From the NCBI GenBank assembly GCA_013239625.1, contig MU054212.1:4808270-4872269 (forward strand): a stretch of DNA of 64,000 nt. Direction: 5' to 3'. The position numbers were made by a program, and so were the translations under genes. The notes beneath the pieces were generated by a model. The model was not told where the DNA came from, made no database searches, and was given only the letters and a program-made list of their open reading frames with translations. Positions 25,963 to 37,280 of the stretch are shown piece after piece. Source of the stretch: Lama guanicoe (taxonomy: Eukaryota). Position 1 is the first letter of the stretch; each line of letters starts with the position of its first letter.

Positions 25963-26889
25963 TTTCCCCTGAGACTCATGTATATTGATGAGCTCAAAAA
26001 GAAAGGGAATTATGACTGAAAAATCATCTAAGGGGAAAAAAAGGAGAAAACACAGCTTGAATAACCATCTTTCTTCTTAAATTTCTTATGTTCAAAGGTA
26101 CAAAAACAACATCGGCTCTCAGGACAGAAAGCGGCCCTGGAGCTCTATAAGAGAGAAAGGGAATGCATCAGGAAACATCCCTGACGAACAGAACAAAGCC
26201 AGGCGGAGTGTGCCTCGCTGGATCTCAGTGGTAACGACAATAATGATAATTAATTACACGTGCAGCGTTCAGGGTTTCCTTCCTGACAAGACAGCAGCAA
26301 CATTATTATACCTTGCAGAGTGAAATTAAGGCCAAGAGAGCTCACCCTGGAACCCCATCTCTGATGTGTCATGTGTAGCCTGTGCTCTTTTGTAATGGGC
26401 AAAACCAGAACAGTGCAGGCCTTTAGCAAGAACAAACATAGCACACAAACACGTTGAAAGATATACACAAATATGTTTTATGAATAGCCACAATCTCATA
26501 TTTCTGACAATGATCTCTTTTCTAGTGAGGCTGCATTGTCTTACTTGGATATGTGTATTCACCTTGAATTGTGTGAGACAACTCTGCAAACCAGAAATCC
26601 CCACGCCATTCCTGGGAAAATTTCCAGGCCATTGAAAGATTAATATGTTTAACAGGTGAAATAAGACTGAAATCATGTTATACTAGAATATGTGGAATCA
26701 AATTTCTTAGATCTGAATCATTATGAATAGCAAAATTACTATAATATTACTTAAAACATAGCAAGAAATGAAATTTGCAAATTGTAGCTGTAAAGTTCCT
26801 AACAGTCTAATTATTATTATCGAAGGCTTTCTTCTTCCTGGTACTGATATAACATAGCTCCAAATGTGACTGTAATAGGTAAAAGGTAA

Positions 26890-27050
26890 TAATTCTGGTT
26901 TGATATCTTTGTTTTGCCATTTGCTACCTTTTTAACCTAGGATATAGTATTTCTGGGTTTTGGTTATTAATTTGGAAATCATGATAGTAATATCTAATTT
27001 ATAAGGTATCTGAGGGTCAGGAAGGACACTGCAAGTTTTAAATACTGTGA
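26890..27050 (+). mobile_element. Degenerate MIR/MIR3
   Basis: TCTGGTTTGATATC..GCCATTTGCTACC..ATGATAGTAATATCTAATTTATAAGG. Confidence 0.5.
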
Positions 27051-27889
27051 CTTTCCCATAAAATAGAAGGTATTATTCAGATTTGCATGCAAAAGCACAT
27101 TTGGGAGCAAGGCTGGGGAATTAAGATTTAATGACAAATTGACAGAATTAAATATAAGTATTCTTTAAGAGATTATATCAATAAGAACATTACTGTAGCC
27201 CTGTTAGATGTTGATTATGACATTCACTCTGGGACTTAGCAAGGGCCAGTATGCTAATAAGTATATATTAAGTTGTTTACTTTTGGCACCCATGCTTCTC
27301 TCTTACTAGTTTCTATTCCTGACACTGTGCAAGTGAAGGGAATCATTCAAAGATGTCAGCTGTACTCTTACTGCTCACCTAAGCCAGATGTTATTCTGGT
27401 CCATCTGTTCATACATTTTCTGCCACAATCTGAAAAACAACTGGGGACTGTGAGGTGACGTAGTAATTAACCTTGTAAATGACATTAGCAGCACAAATGA
27501 ATTCAACACTCGGTTTTGTGACTTTCATGAATTAGCAGCAATTAATCTTAGTTGCTTTGCATAATCTCCCTTTAATATTTCATAATTTGCTTAATGGTGG
27601 ATGCTGTAAAATCACGGTTCTTGGCCCCACTTTTCCTGATATTTAGATTTCTCTTTGTGTTATAAGGAACGTTGCAAATATCACTCTTTGTTTGGAATTG
27701 TTTGGAACAATTCTTTTTATTACCTTATGAATTATCTTTTGCTTAAAAAGCCATAATGGTTTCTGAGTGTCCACTGAATAACAGTTATAAATAGTTAACT
27801 TTTTGCTAGCATTTTATTACTTTGAGTCCTTCATAAAAACCTAAAGAAAAAACTCTTTGAAAAGATTTTGAAACAATATTTAAGGGAAA

Positions 27890-30745
27890 TTTTTTTTAAG
27901 TTACGAAAGTAAAAAATTTGATAACTGAATAAAGACACAAACAGACAGATTTAAGAACAGATTAAACACAGAAGAAGAGAGAATTAGTGAATTAGAATTA
28001 GTAATTTGAATATGAATTAGTGAACTTGTGTGTGTTTAAAATATATACAATAAAAGTAAGATATGAAAAGAAGCATTTCAATTAACCTATAACAAGAAAA
28101 AAGAAAAAAGAGAGACATTAAAAAATACTGAGAAACTTGTTAATGAGTAGAACATAAGAAAAATGTTAAAAGGTGTTCATACTGAATGAGATATATTTCA
28201 GATAAAGAAAGGAAGACATTAAAATATTTTGGAAGAAATAAATGTAAAACTTGAAACTTTGGTGAAAAATATTTACTTATAAATACAAGAGGATCAAGAA
28301 TCTTAAATATAAAGAAAATGACACTTAAGCACATTAGAAACAAACAGTTGAAAAGAAAAACAGAAAATCTTGTACTGAATCAGAGAAAAAAAAGATATGG
28401 AAATGGGAACAAATCTGCAAGTGATGGTTAACTTTCCACTAGAAACAGAGAAAAAATACAGAGGAATGTTAATTTTAAAAGCTGAAAGAAAATTTGAAAA
28501 AAGATCATAAATACATTATTGGGACTAAGATATTTATATTAAATATGAAGAATAAAAATACATTGAAAATCTTTATTAGGTAAAACTATTTTTTCATAAA
28601 TCTAGTCAAAATAAAGGCATTCTCAGTATAATGGTGAGAGTATTCATTTCCAGCAGAACTGCATTGCAAAAATAAGTAATTATGTTGAAGGCATTTCTTT
28701 AAAAAAGAAAATTGATGGTTGGAAGCAAAATTATGGCAATGTTATAGTGGGTTATACTATGCATAAAAGTAAATATAAAACAAAATTAATGGGTTTAAGA
28801 ATAAAAACATTAATTGTTCAAAGTAAAAACAAAGACAATATAGTAGGGAGTTAAACAAAACAGTAAAACATAAGATAACAAGAGAACAAGATATGGGGGG
28901 GAAGTAATATACTGTTGTGAGACACTTGCACTGTTCATGACAGTTTATTTATTTGAAGGTAGGAGATAACCTAGAGATGAACACCTCAAGCTTTAGAGCA
29001 ACCACTAATGAGAATAAGAGAGATAACCAGAAAAAGAAATGCAGGAGATAAAATGGATTACTAACACTATACAATTAACAAAAATGAAATTAGGAAAAGA
29101 GGTGCAGAGGAACAAAATAGTCAATACCAAATGGCAACTTTACACCCAAACCTGCCAATAAATATAACAAAAATACATTTAATAAAAGCCCATTTAAGAG
29201 CTAGATAATCTCAGTTGTATAGAAAAGCAAGCACCTATTTTATGCTCTTTATAAGAAACCTAATAAAAATAAGTGAAAATTAATGTGTAGTACAGTATAT
29301 AACTGAAACACTAAATAAAAAACAGCTACAGAGCCTACATCAATATAAAAGAAAGTATATTTCTACACAAAGATTTTAAGGAGATAAAAAGATATATGAT
29401 TGTAACTATTTTAAAAACATAATAATATTACATGTATAAGCATTTAAAACATCATTTAAACACACGAAGACAACAACTGACTGAGCTAAAGGTAAGAAGA
29501 GGCAAACCCACACCAAAAATAGATTTTAATGTTTTTCTTCCAGCAATTGATGACAAGTGAATAAAGGCATCAGGAAAGATGCTAAATATCTGAACATAAC
29601 TATCAAATAACTTTTTATTGATGATTGTATTTTTAGAATATTTCCCTCACTAAATATAGAAACCAATTATTTTCAAGCACACATGGAACTTTCCCCAAGA
29701 TAGACCAGATGCTAGACCATAAAACTAGTTGCAGTAAAAATCAAATAATTAAATTTTTACAAAGCACATCTCCAAACACAAAGGTATTAAATTAGAAAAC
29801 AATAGCAGTAAGAATTCAGAAAACTATAAACCATTTGAAATTAAGCAACACAAATTGAAATAAACAACAGCTAAAGAAACATTAATAGGAATTATAAAAT
29901 ACATTATGTGTAATTACAATTTTTAAACATACTTAAATGTGTGATGTAGCAGAAGTTATTCTTAGATGGAAATTTATAATTTTGTATGTATGTATTAGAA
30001 ATGAAGAAAGATCTTAAATCAGTAATCTAAGCTTTCCCCTTAGAATTCTGAAAAAATGAAGAGCAAACTAAACCCATTGCAAGCAGAAGGAAGGCTATAA
30101 AGGATTAGAGTAAAATTCAGTGACATTAAAAACAGAGAGAAAATAGATAAAATCAATTAAGCCGAAAGTTAATTTTTTTATGAGATTAAACAGAACTTGC
30201 AAAGCTTTTCCTAGACATACAAAAAGAAGATGGAAAAGACAAATCAATAACTGAACACTGGTATACACAATGACATGGATATACACAGTGACAAGGGTAA
30301 AACTGACACAAATGTTGATTGGAATTCAGACACAGGGCTTGCGAGTATAGCTCAGTGGTACAGCACACGTTTAGTTTGCCTAAGGTCCTGGGTTCAATCC
30401 CCATTATCTCCATTAACAAAAAACAAAAAAACAAAAAAATCAGACACAGAAGAATATTTATGATTCCAAGTATATCCTTTTTAAAAAGTAAAGTTTTTAT
30501 TTTGAGGATGGATATTTATTAAAATAAATACAAATGACAACAGTTGCTATCTTTGTGGGGAGGAATGAGTAGTGACTAGGGGAGAATGAGGGTGGCATCT
30601 GTAGAGTTGATAATGTTCTAATTTTGTTTTGGGTTATGGTCATATGAATACTCACTTTTTAATAAATTAAAAGGTCCTGAGCTGCATATTTTTATGCTTC
30701 TTATCTATATGCATAGCATTTCACAATAATAAAAAAAATTTTTTT
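27890..30745 (+). mobile_element. Ancient L1 (L1MD/ME-like): ORF1, ORF2 5' part, then 3'UTR
   Basis: ORF1-like CAGATTAAACACAGAAGAAGAGAGAATTAGTGAA. ORF2-like TTTCAAGCACACATGGAACTTTCCCCAAGATAGACCA and GAAGAGCAAACTAAACCC..GCAAGCAGAAGGAAGG. 3'UTR-like GATAATGTTCTA..GCATTTCACAATAATAAAAAAA. Confidence 0.85.
30336..30439 (+). mobile_element. tRNA-derived SINE (camelid Vic-1-like) nested in old L1
   Basis: A box TAGCTCAGTGGT (30348-30359), B box GGTTCAATCCC (30391-30401), A-rich tail, TSD TCAGACACAG (30326-30335 / 30440-30449). Confidence 0.9.
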
Positions 30746-31339
30746 AAGAAAATTAATAGTTTATACTGAACAAGTACAAATTGTCTTCCAAAGTAAATAC
30801 TTTCTCTACTTAGACTCTACAGTTGTAAAACCAATAACAGCTGTGTGTACATATTGACTCCAAATCATTAATCTCCTTTATATAGCCACATTTAAAATAA
30901 CACCTTCAATTCCAATGTTAACAAACACAAGGCATTCAATCAAAGTTAAGACATGTGTGCATGCATACGTTTTGAGAACACATTCTTGGTTCAATGTTCT
31001 TTTCTAAACTAGTGACTATAAACCATTTGGCCATTTGAAGAATGTTTTAATGAATGAATTTGAACCTATAAATGTAATCATGTTCAAGTATTAACTGTAG
31101 AGAGATTTTTATGGGTTTGTTTGTGAATATATTACCTGTCAAAAACTCAACAAAGACTAGAGAGTCAAAGTCTGCTTCCTAACGGAAGTTCAGGGTTATA
31201 GGAGGAAAATTTTAAACAAATCAATCAAAAAATTAACTGTTTACATTAAGAACAAATATGATCAATATTGCTGGAAATGCCTGAACATTAGCTGAGTACA
31301 TAAATTTCAGATCATTACAGAAAGCAAATCAGATTGAGT

Positions 31340-31600
31340 GAATAAATCTAGTGACTCCTATATGTTCTGAGGTTTAATAGCTTTCATATATTGAGAGTCA
31401 GACACTATTCTTGCTGTTTTATATACATTATTTCCCAAACTTAAAATTTCATGAGAGAATTTGGAATCTTCTATCATATCTAAGGCAACAAAGACTCATA
31501 GGGGAAAATCTGTCATTTACATACCCAAAGTGACAGGACTGAGATTTGAATCTAAGTCTACTTCAAAAGGCTTTTCACTGTCTAGTCCACCTTTATTATC
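31340..31600 (-). mobile_element. MIR SINE
   Basis: GTCAGACACTATTCTTGCTGTTTTATATACATTATTTC .. GACAGGACTGAGATTTGAATCTAAGTCT. Confidence 0.65.
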
Positions 31601-31616
31601 ACATTCCATAGTAATT

Positions 31617-31668
<52 letters not shown>
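31617..31668. repeat. (TA)n(TG)n(TA)n microsatellite
   Basis: Directly visible. Confidence 0.95.
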
Positions 31669-32419
31669 CTTGAGGTACTTTCACCCTTGTAATTAATATT
31701 TTTAATATAAAATGGAAATTCACAGCAATCTCTAAGGTTCCAAATGTGCACTCAAGTTCTCCTTCCACAAGGCAATTCCACTTGAATAAATATTTACATT
31801 TTTCTCCCTCCTGAATATTCAATGAGGCAGTTTATACCTGTATAGTTATGCTAGAGGAGTTTAAGGCTAATTTTTTTCCCTAGTGGTGACTTGACAATAC
31901 TTCACTTGTATACTCAAAGCCAACAGAGATTTGTGAATCTCTATCTCTGTTCTAGTACATTTTATTTCAAGGGCTGAATTGCCACTTGGGTAAATCACTC
32001 TTAGTCCTCAACAAGACAAAATAAAACAGTATTTGCTCAAAAATCTCACAGCCTCCTTTGTGGTTTATGAAGATGCTTTGCAGAATATAACACCTGCAGT
32101 GGAGAAAAAGTCAACTTAATTCACAATGAGCCTCCTCCATGTGAAAGAAGAATCTGAACAGGAAGGATGTCTGTTTCCTTTTTTTTTTCTTTGTAAATCA
32201 ATTTTGATTGAATCTAGGAAATAGACATTTAGCTAGATAGCATGTAGCTTATCACAAGTCTTATGTTCTAGTCATCTGAAATAGCCAATGACTATGATAA
32301 TAGAAATTTCTATAACTCACTTAGTTATTCCTTCATTTTAGTAAAGACTCAGTGTTTAAACTGAATTATACTTATACTGGTCATCTTTGATGATAGATTA
32401 TAACTTACCACATTTAATA

Positions 32420-32890
32420 TAGTAGGGATAGTTCTCTTAGGTTCTTTTTGGCTGCCTACCACGTTACTCTCCTAAAGGCAGCTCTTAGCTGAGAGGCAGC
32501 CCTGGGTAAGTTTTATACATTGTTTCCTAATCTGGTCATGATTGTTTACATCAGAAGAAAGGAAATTTGACCCAAAGGCATCCAACCATAGACTCCATCA
32601 AGAAACCAGAGAAAAGGGTTATATAAGAGCTTTGGCTCACAAGTCTGATTCCCTATCTTGGTGAATTTGAGTAAGAGATAAACTACATGTTATCAGGAAG
32701 AGAAACAGAAAGGCACTTAGAAACAAAGATGGAATTGACAACTGAGTCACATTAATGGTCAACTACTACAGTTGGAGGAAAGAAATAAAAATACTTCTGA
32801 AAGTTCTAATTCTGGAATTTTCTTTAAGCTACAATTACAATTTAAGCTTCAGTTACTTTTAAGATACATGGTTTGTCCAAAAGATTTACC
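32420..32890 (+). mobile_element. Old MaLR-like LTR remnant (MLT1J/K/L-like)
   Basis: CTGGTCATGATTG..TTTGACCCAAAGGCATCCAACCATAG and a TTTAAGCT..TCAGTTACTT end; weak recall match. Confidence 0.4.
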
Positions 32891-32924
32891 AGACTTCATG
32901 ATGTCTCTTTTTATAAATAGATGC

Positions 32925-33360
32925 AATAATGTCAGGTTATGTTTGGTGAGATGAAAGAAATACCAAGGGTAAAATGATGGAGAGTTAATAATTGGAGAGT
33001 TGGTTATTGGACTTATTTTAATATGATGGCCAGGGAAGATCTGAAGAGCTGATATTTGAGATTGTACTGATGGATGAGAAGCACTGAGATACATGCAGGA
33101 GGAGGAAAAAACAAGTATAAAGGCTCTGGGATTTGAAAGGGCTTGGGATATATAGGAAAAATAGAAAAGAGCAATATGTCTGCAGAGTGGTGATCAAAGG
33201 GCCCAGAGTATCAAAGAAGGCTGAAGAGGTAGTAGGAGGCTAGATAATATCGATCCTATTTAGGCCATGCTAATAGGTTTTTATTTTATTTTAAGAACAA
33301 TGAGAAGCCACTGAATGATTTTAAGAGAAAAAAATAGCAAAAGCATGTCTAGCTGCTATT
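32925..33360 (-). mobile_element. L2a fragment
   Basis: GGCCAGGGAAGA, AACAAGTATAAAGGCTCTGGG, TAGGCCATGCTAA, AATGAGAAGCCACTGAATGATTTTAAG. Confidence 0.85.
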
Positions 33361-34104
33361 TATATGGTTAAAGCATTTTTCATATTTATGTAACTTCATT
33401 TCTATATCTAAATTGACAATAAATATAAATACAGATATAAAATAACAGCATGACTCTGACACTTAGTTAGAAGAGGCTGTGGAAATACCTGTTTGGGTTC
33501 TGGGAAAGCTCTCCACTGTAGTCAAAACAGTTCTGAACTTCCATTGATCTGACTGATTGGCCCAATCCAAGTGCCATCATGACCACAGAATTTCACTGGC
33601 CATTTTCTTTCTAGGATTCTACTTGTGACAATTCCTCAATATGTCTATACATTTTCAAATTTTATTTTTTAAGTACTAATCACTTTATTTCAAATGTTCT
33701 AAGTATTTATATTTTCATTTACCGTCTTGTGAAATTGTGAAAATCTGGATATGTGATTATGGTCTAACTCAAATGCCTTGTACTTCTATCCTCTGTAAAT
33801 TCTAATGTTAAAAACTTTTAAAAATTGAATAAATTCAGAAATATACCACAAATTCCAATAAAAACCTCAGGGAATTTTTGTAATAATATAGAAAAAAACC
33901 ATTTTTTAAGGTCATCTACATGAACAAACAAAGCTTGCAAAATTAAGCAAGAAATTTATATTAACTTAACAATTGAAAGAATAATATATGCCTACAGTAA
34001 AGAAAGTACAGTTGAATATTTGTCAGATTCATAGATGGAGAGAGATATTCTATTGGTATATACAACAGAAGAAGTCACAACTCAAAAGGACTGAAACAAA
34101 CAAA

Positions 34105-35090
34105 ATTTAACATTCATTGAATAAATATTTATTGATCAACAATTATGCATTGTTCTGAATGCTTGAGATTCATCAAACGTCATAGATTGTGGGTATTGTA
34201 ATGGATGACAGTTAGACATTAATATTGAGAAAATAAGTACAAATAAAGCAAAGAAATCTGGGTCATATTTTTGGAAACAAATGCCCTAGCACTTTACTTC
34301 AGTCCACCCTTTTGCTTACCCCTGAAATCATGGGTGTCTGCAGAATTCGGTCCATGGCTTTTATCTACCTTGGCTTTCCACTCTGCTGGTGTTCACTTGC
34401 GCTCAAAAAACCTCCCCAATGTGTTGTTGACGTGCAAATCTTCCTTTCCAAATCTATCCTCGCCTGAACTCAAGTGGTTTCGTTCTAAAAGCCTATTGGA
34501 AATCACTCTATAATCACAGATACCTTAAAGTTAATACATCAAATAGTTTCTCTTTAGGTCTCTCCTTCCTCAATAGTTACCTTTCATTTTTGTGCCTTCA
34601 TTTTTACTAACAGTATCATCATTCAACCATTTTATCGATCAAAAATCAGAACGTTTTTTGAATTGTGCCTCTCCTTTATTATCTCCATAACTGATTCTTC
34701 TTTAACATTTGACAAATTAGCAGTTCTAAAGTCAACTATTCCATCCCTTAATTCATTTAATAAGTAGGTACCAATCACATACTAAGTTTCAGGCACTGTT
34801 CTAGGTTCTGGAGTTATGGCATCATGAGCTTATAATCTAGGGGGCAGAGAGACAATAACCAAAAATAATATAATTCAGATCTATACTATGTTTGAAGATT
34901 ATTTTTCATAGTATATTCTTAAGTGTTTTGTAAAATCCAACTTGAAGAGGCCAACCATGATATTTTCTATTAAAATTGATGGTGCTGTGAGAGCAAACAA
35001 TAGGGAGACTGACATACTTTTGAGGGGTTCAGGAAGATGTGCCTAAAGAAGTGATGAAGAAATCAGGATGCTAAAGAGGATTTAGAGAGA
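34105..35090. mobile_element. Cluster of L2 fragments on both strands
   Basis: CATTCATTGAATAAATATTTATTGA (minus 3' end); CAAATCTTCCTTTCCAAATC..CCTGAACTCAAG (plus); TTTCAGGCACTGTTCTAGGTTCTGGAG..GAGCTTATAATCTAG (minus). Confidence 0.7.
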
Positions 35091-35139
35091 TTTCAGATGG
35101 GTATAAGTTAAATTGTTTAAGATGGAAGGAATAAGCAAG

Positions 35140-35290
35140 ATCCTTACTCTACTTATCACTCAATTTCTTCATCTTTAAAATGGAAATATAACAATAACTG
35201 CATACTTGTAAGTTAATATATATTAAGTACATGAAAAAAGTATGGCATGTGTATTAGCTCTGTTAATTTTTATTAATATTATTATTATTA
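35140..35290 (+). mobile_element. MIR fragment
   Basis: CTCAATTTCTTCATCTTTAAAATGGAAATATAACAATA. Confidence 0.7.
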
Positions 35291-35544
35291 AAATATAGTT
35301 TGAAAAAGCCACTATGCAGGATATCATGAAAAAATTGTGTGTGTATAATTTCATTAATTGATCTTCTCTGAGGTAAATAAACCTACACATTTTTAATGCT
35401 TTTTGAGTCAATCATAAAAATGTTTTAATTGGACAAGTGGAAACCCTATTAACCACAACAGCCTAAGAGTAGGGCAAGAACAGATACTTCCTGACAAATA
35501 TTTTTTAAAATTCTACATTGATATTTGTAAAGTTTCAAATTAAA

Positions 35545-35545
<1 letters not shown>

Positions 35546-35581
<36 letters not shown>
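35546..35581. repeat. Perfect (CA)18 microsatellite
   Basis: Directly visible. Confidence 0.97.
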
Positions 35582-35584
<3 letters not shown>

Positions 35585-37084
35585 CAAATACATGTATATG
35601 TATTTTTTCCAATCTGGTATTACTTGCAATTCTGCTACAGAGATAAGAACTTAGCCTAAGGCTTTCTTTTTAAATAATAGTTATGTTCCTGGCCTGTCCA
35701 TCCATTGGTCTGCCTGTCTATTGTATTAGAGGTCTGGATGAATTTATTTATAGCCATAATCTTTTCTTTGGGTAATAGCTAAAGCTAATGGTTTATCATC
35801 TGTACAACCCCGACAGTCTATCTTTCCTGATTCCTTAGGGTAGCTATCCCCTGCACCTCATCACTCTGTTGGATCTCTGAACAGACATCATCTTTAAAAT
35901 CCCATTTGTACCATTTGGATCAGGTCAGGAAGAGTAATAGCTCTAATCTTCTTGGAGTGATATTATTAATCTTGAGCAGGTGAGCTCCAAGGTACTTTCT
36001 CTAGCCTACACATTTAGAAAGCAGGAGCTTTAGGGCGGTAATGAATAACGCTAAAATGGAAGCCTGCAGCATGAGGGGAAATGATTGTAAGATTAAGCTG
36101 TCCTTTAGGTTTGTACTTAAACCTTGTTTACTCTGTTAACTTAAGAGCTTTGAGAAAACTAAAGAGAAGTATTAAGTGGTTCTCCATCTGAAGTCAGTCA
36201 GAATATTATTCTATTATTAATGCTATTCATTTTTTAACAGAGACTGCATAAAAATCATAGCTAAATAAAGTTAAGTAGGCTAATATGCTAAGACAATTAC
36301 AATGACTTTTTTTCCTGCTTTTAATTTGTTCATAAGCCTGTTTCTATAACTAACCAATAAACAAATATATTTATAAGCCAAAAAAATAAAAGTTAACTCT
36401 TATTTTACTTCTCCTCCCTTGCATTCAAAAACCACATGCTTGCTGTTCTAAAGCCATTTCTTCTACATACAACAGAAAGCAGTGTGTCATCTCTCTGTAT
36501 ATACCTGACTCTCACATAGGGGTCAATTCTCAATTGTTAATGCCTCAGATATTCTTTTTTATGTTATTTTTTATAGATTGTGTATGTTAAATATTTTGTC
36601 TTCAAATTACAGTTTTTAATGCCTCTATCCCTACTAAGAAATCTTTATTTTCAATTTCCTTCATTCAGTGAGTCATCACAGCATACGATGCTGGAGCAAG
36701 TCCACATATATAGGGTGTGGTAGAAAAATGTCTGAAAGTTTCAAGGTACTTTTTTGACTAGATTTGTAAATATTTGAAAGTAATTGAAAACAAATTGTCT
36801 TACCTAGCTATAACTCTTTCTGCCTAGTTAGTGAAATGATACAAAATCATTTTGCTCGTGGACAGAATTATATTTCTATATTGTTCTCATGATTTGTTAA
36901 TTATGTAGTCAGATTTCCAGATTTATCAGCCATGATGGTTACATGTATTTTATAAACTATAAAAAACATCTTAAAGGCTAGACTCCTCCCTTTGTTAGGC
37001 ATGAGTGAATAGTCTTAAAGAATGATAGAAAAATCCAATATATTACACATAATATCAGTTATAATGACCATGACTAGATTTAAT

Positions 37085-37280
37085 TAGTGTCTCTGGGCCT
37101 TAGTTTTCTCATCTGTAAAATGGAGATAATAATACTTTTATCTTTCAAGAAACAATACATTTATTATACTGCAGACATTGCTCATAGTGCTTTACATCAG
37201 TCCTCCTATCAACTCTACCAGCACCATTTTACATATAAGGAAACTGAGACACAGACAAGTTAATTAATTTCTCTAAGCTT
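37085..37280. mobile_element. Two adjacent MIR fragments in opposite orientation
   Basis: CTCTGGGCCTTAGTTTTCTCATCTGTAAAATGGAGATAATAATA (+), then CCATTTTACATATAAGGAAACTGAGACACAGA (-). Confidence 0.85.

Noticed and set aside
30336..30412. Functional tRNA gene
   Set aside because: Stems are degenerate, and the A-rich tail and TSD mark it as a SINE.
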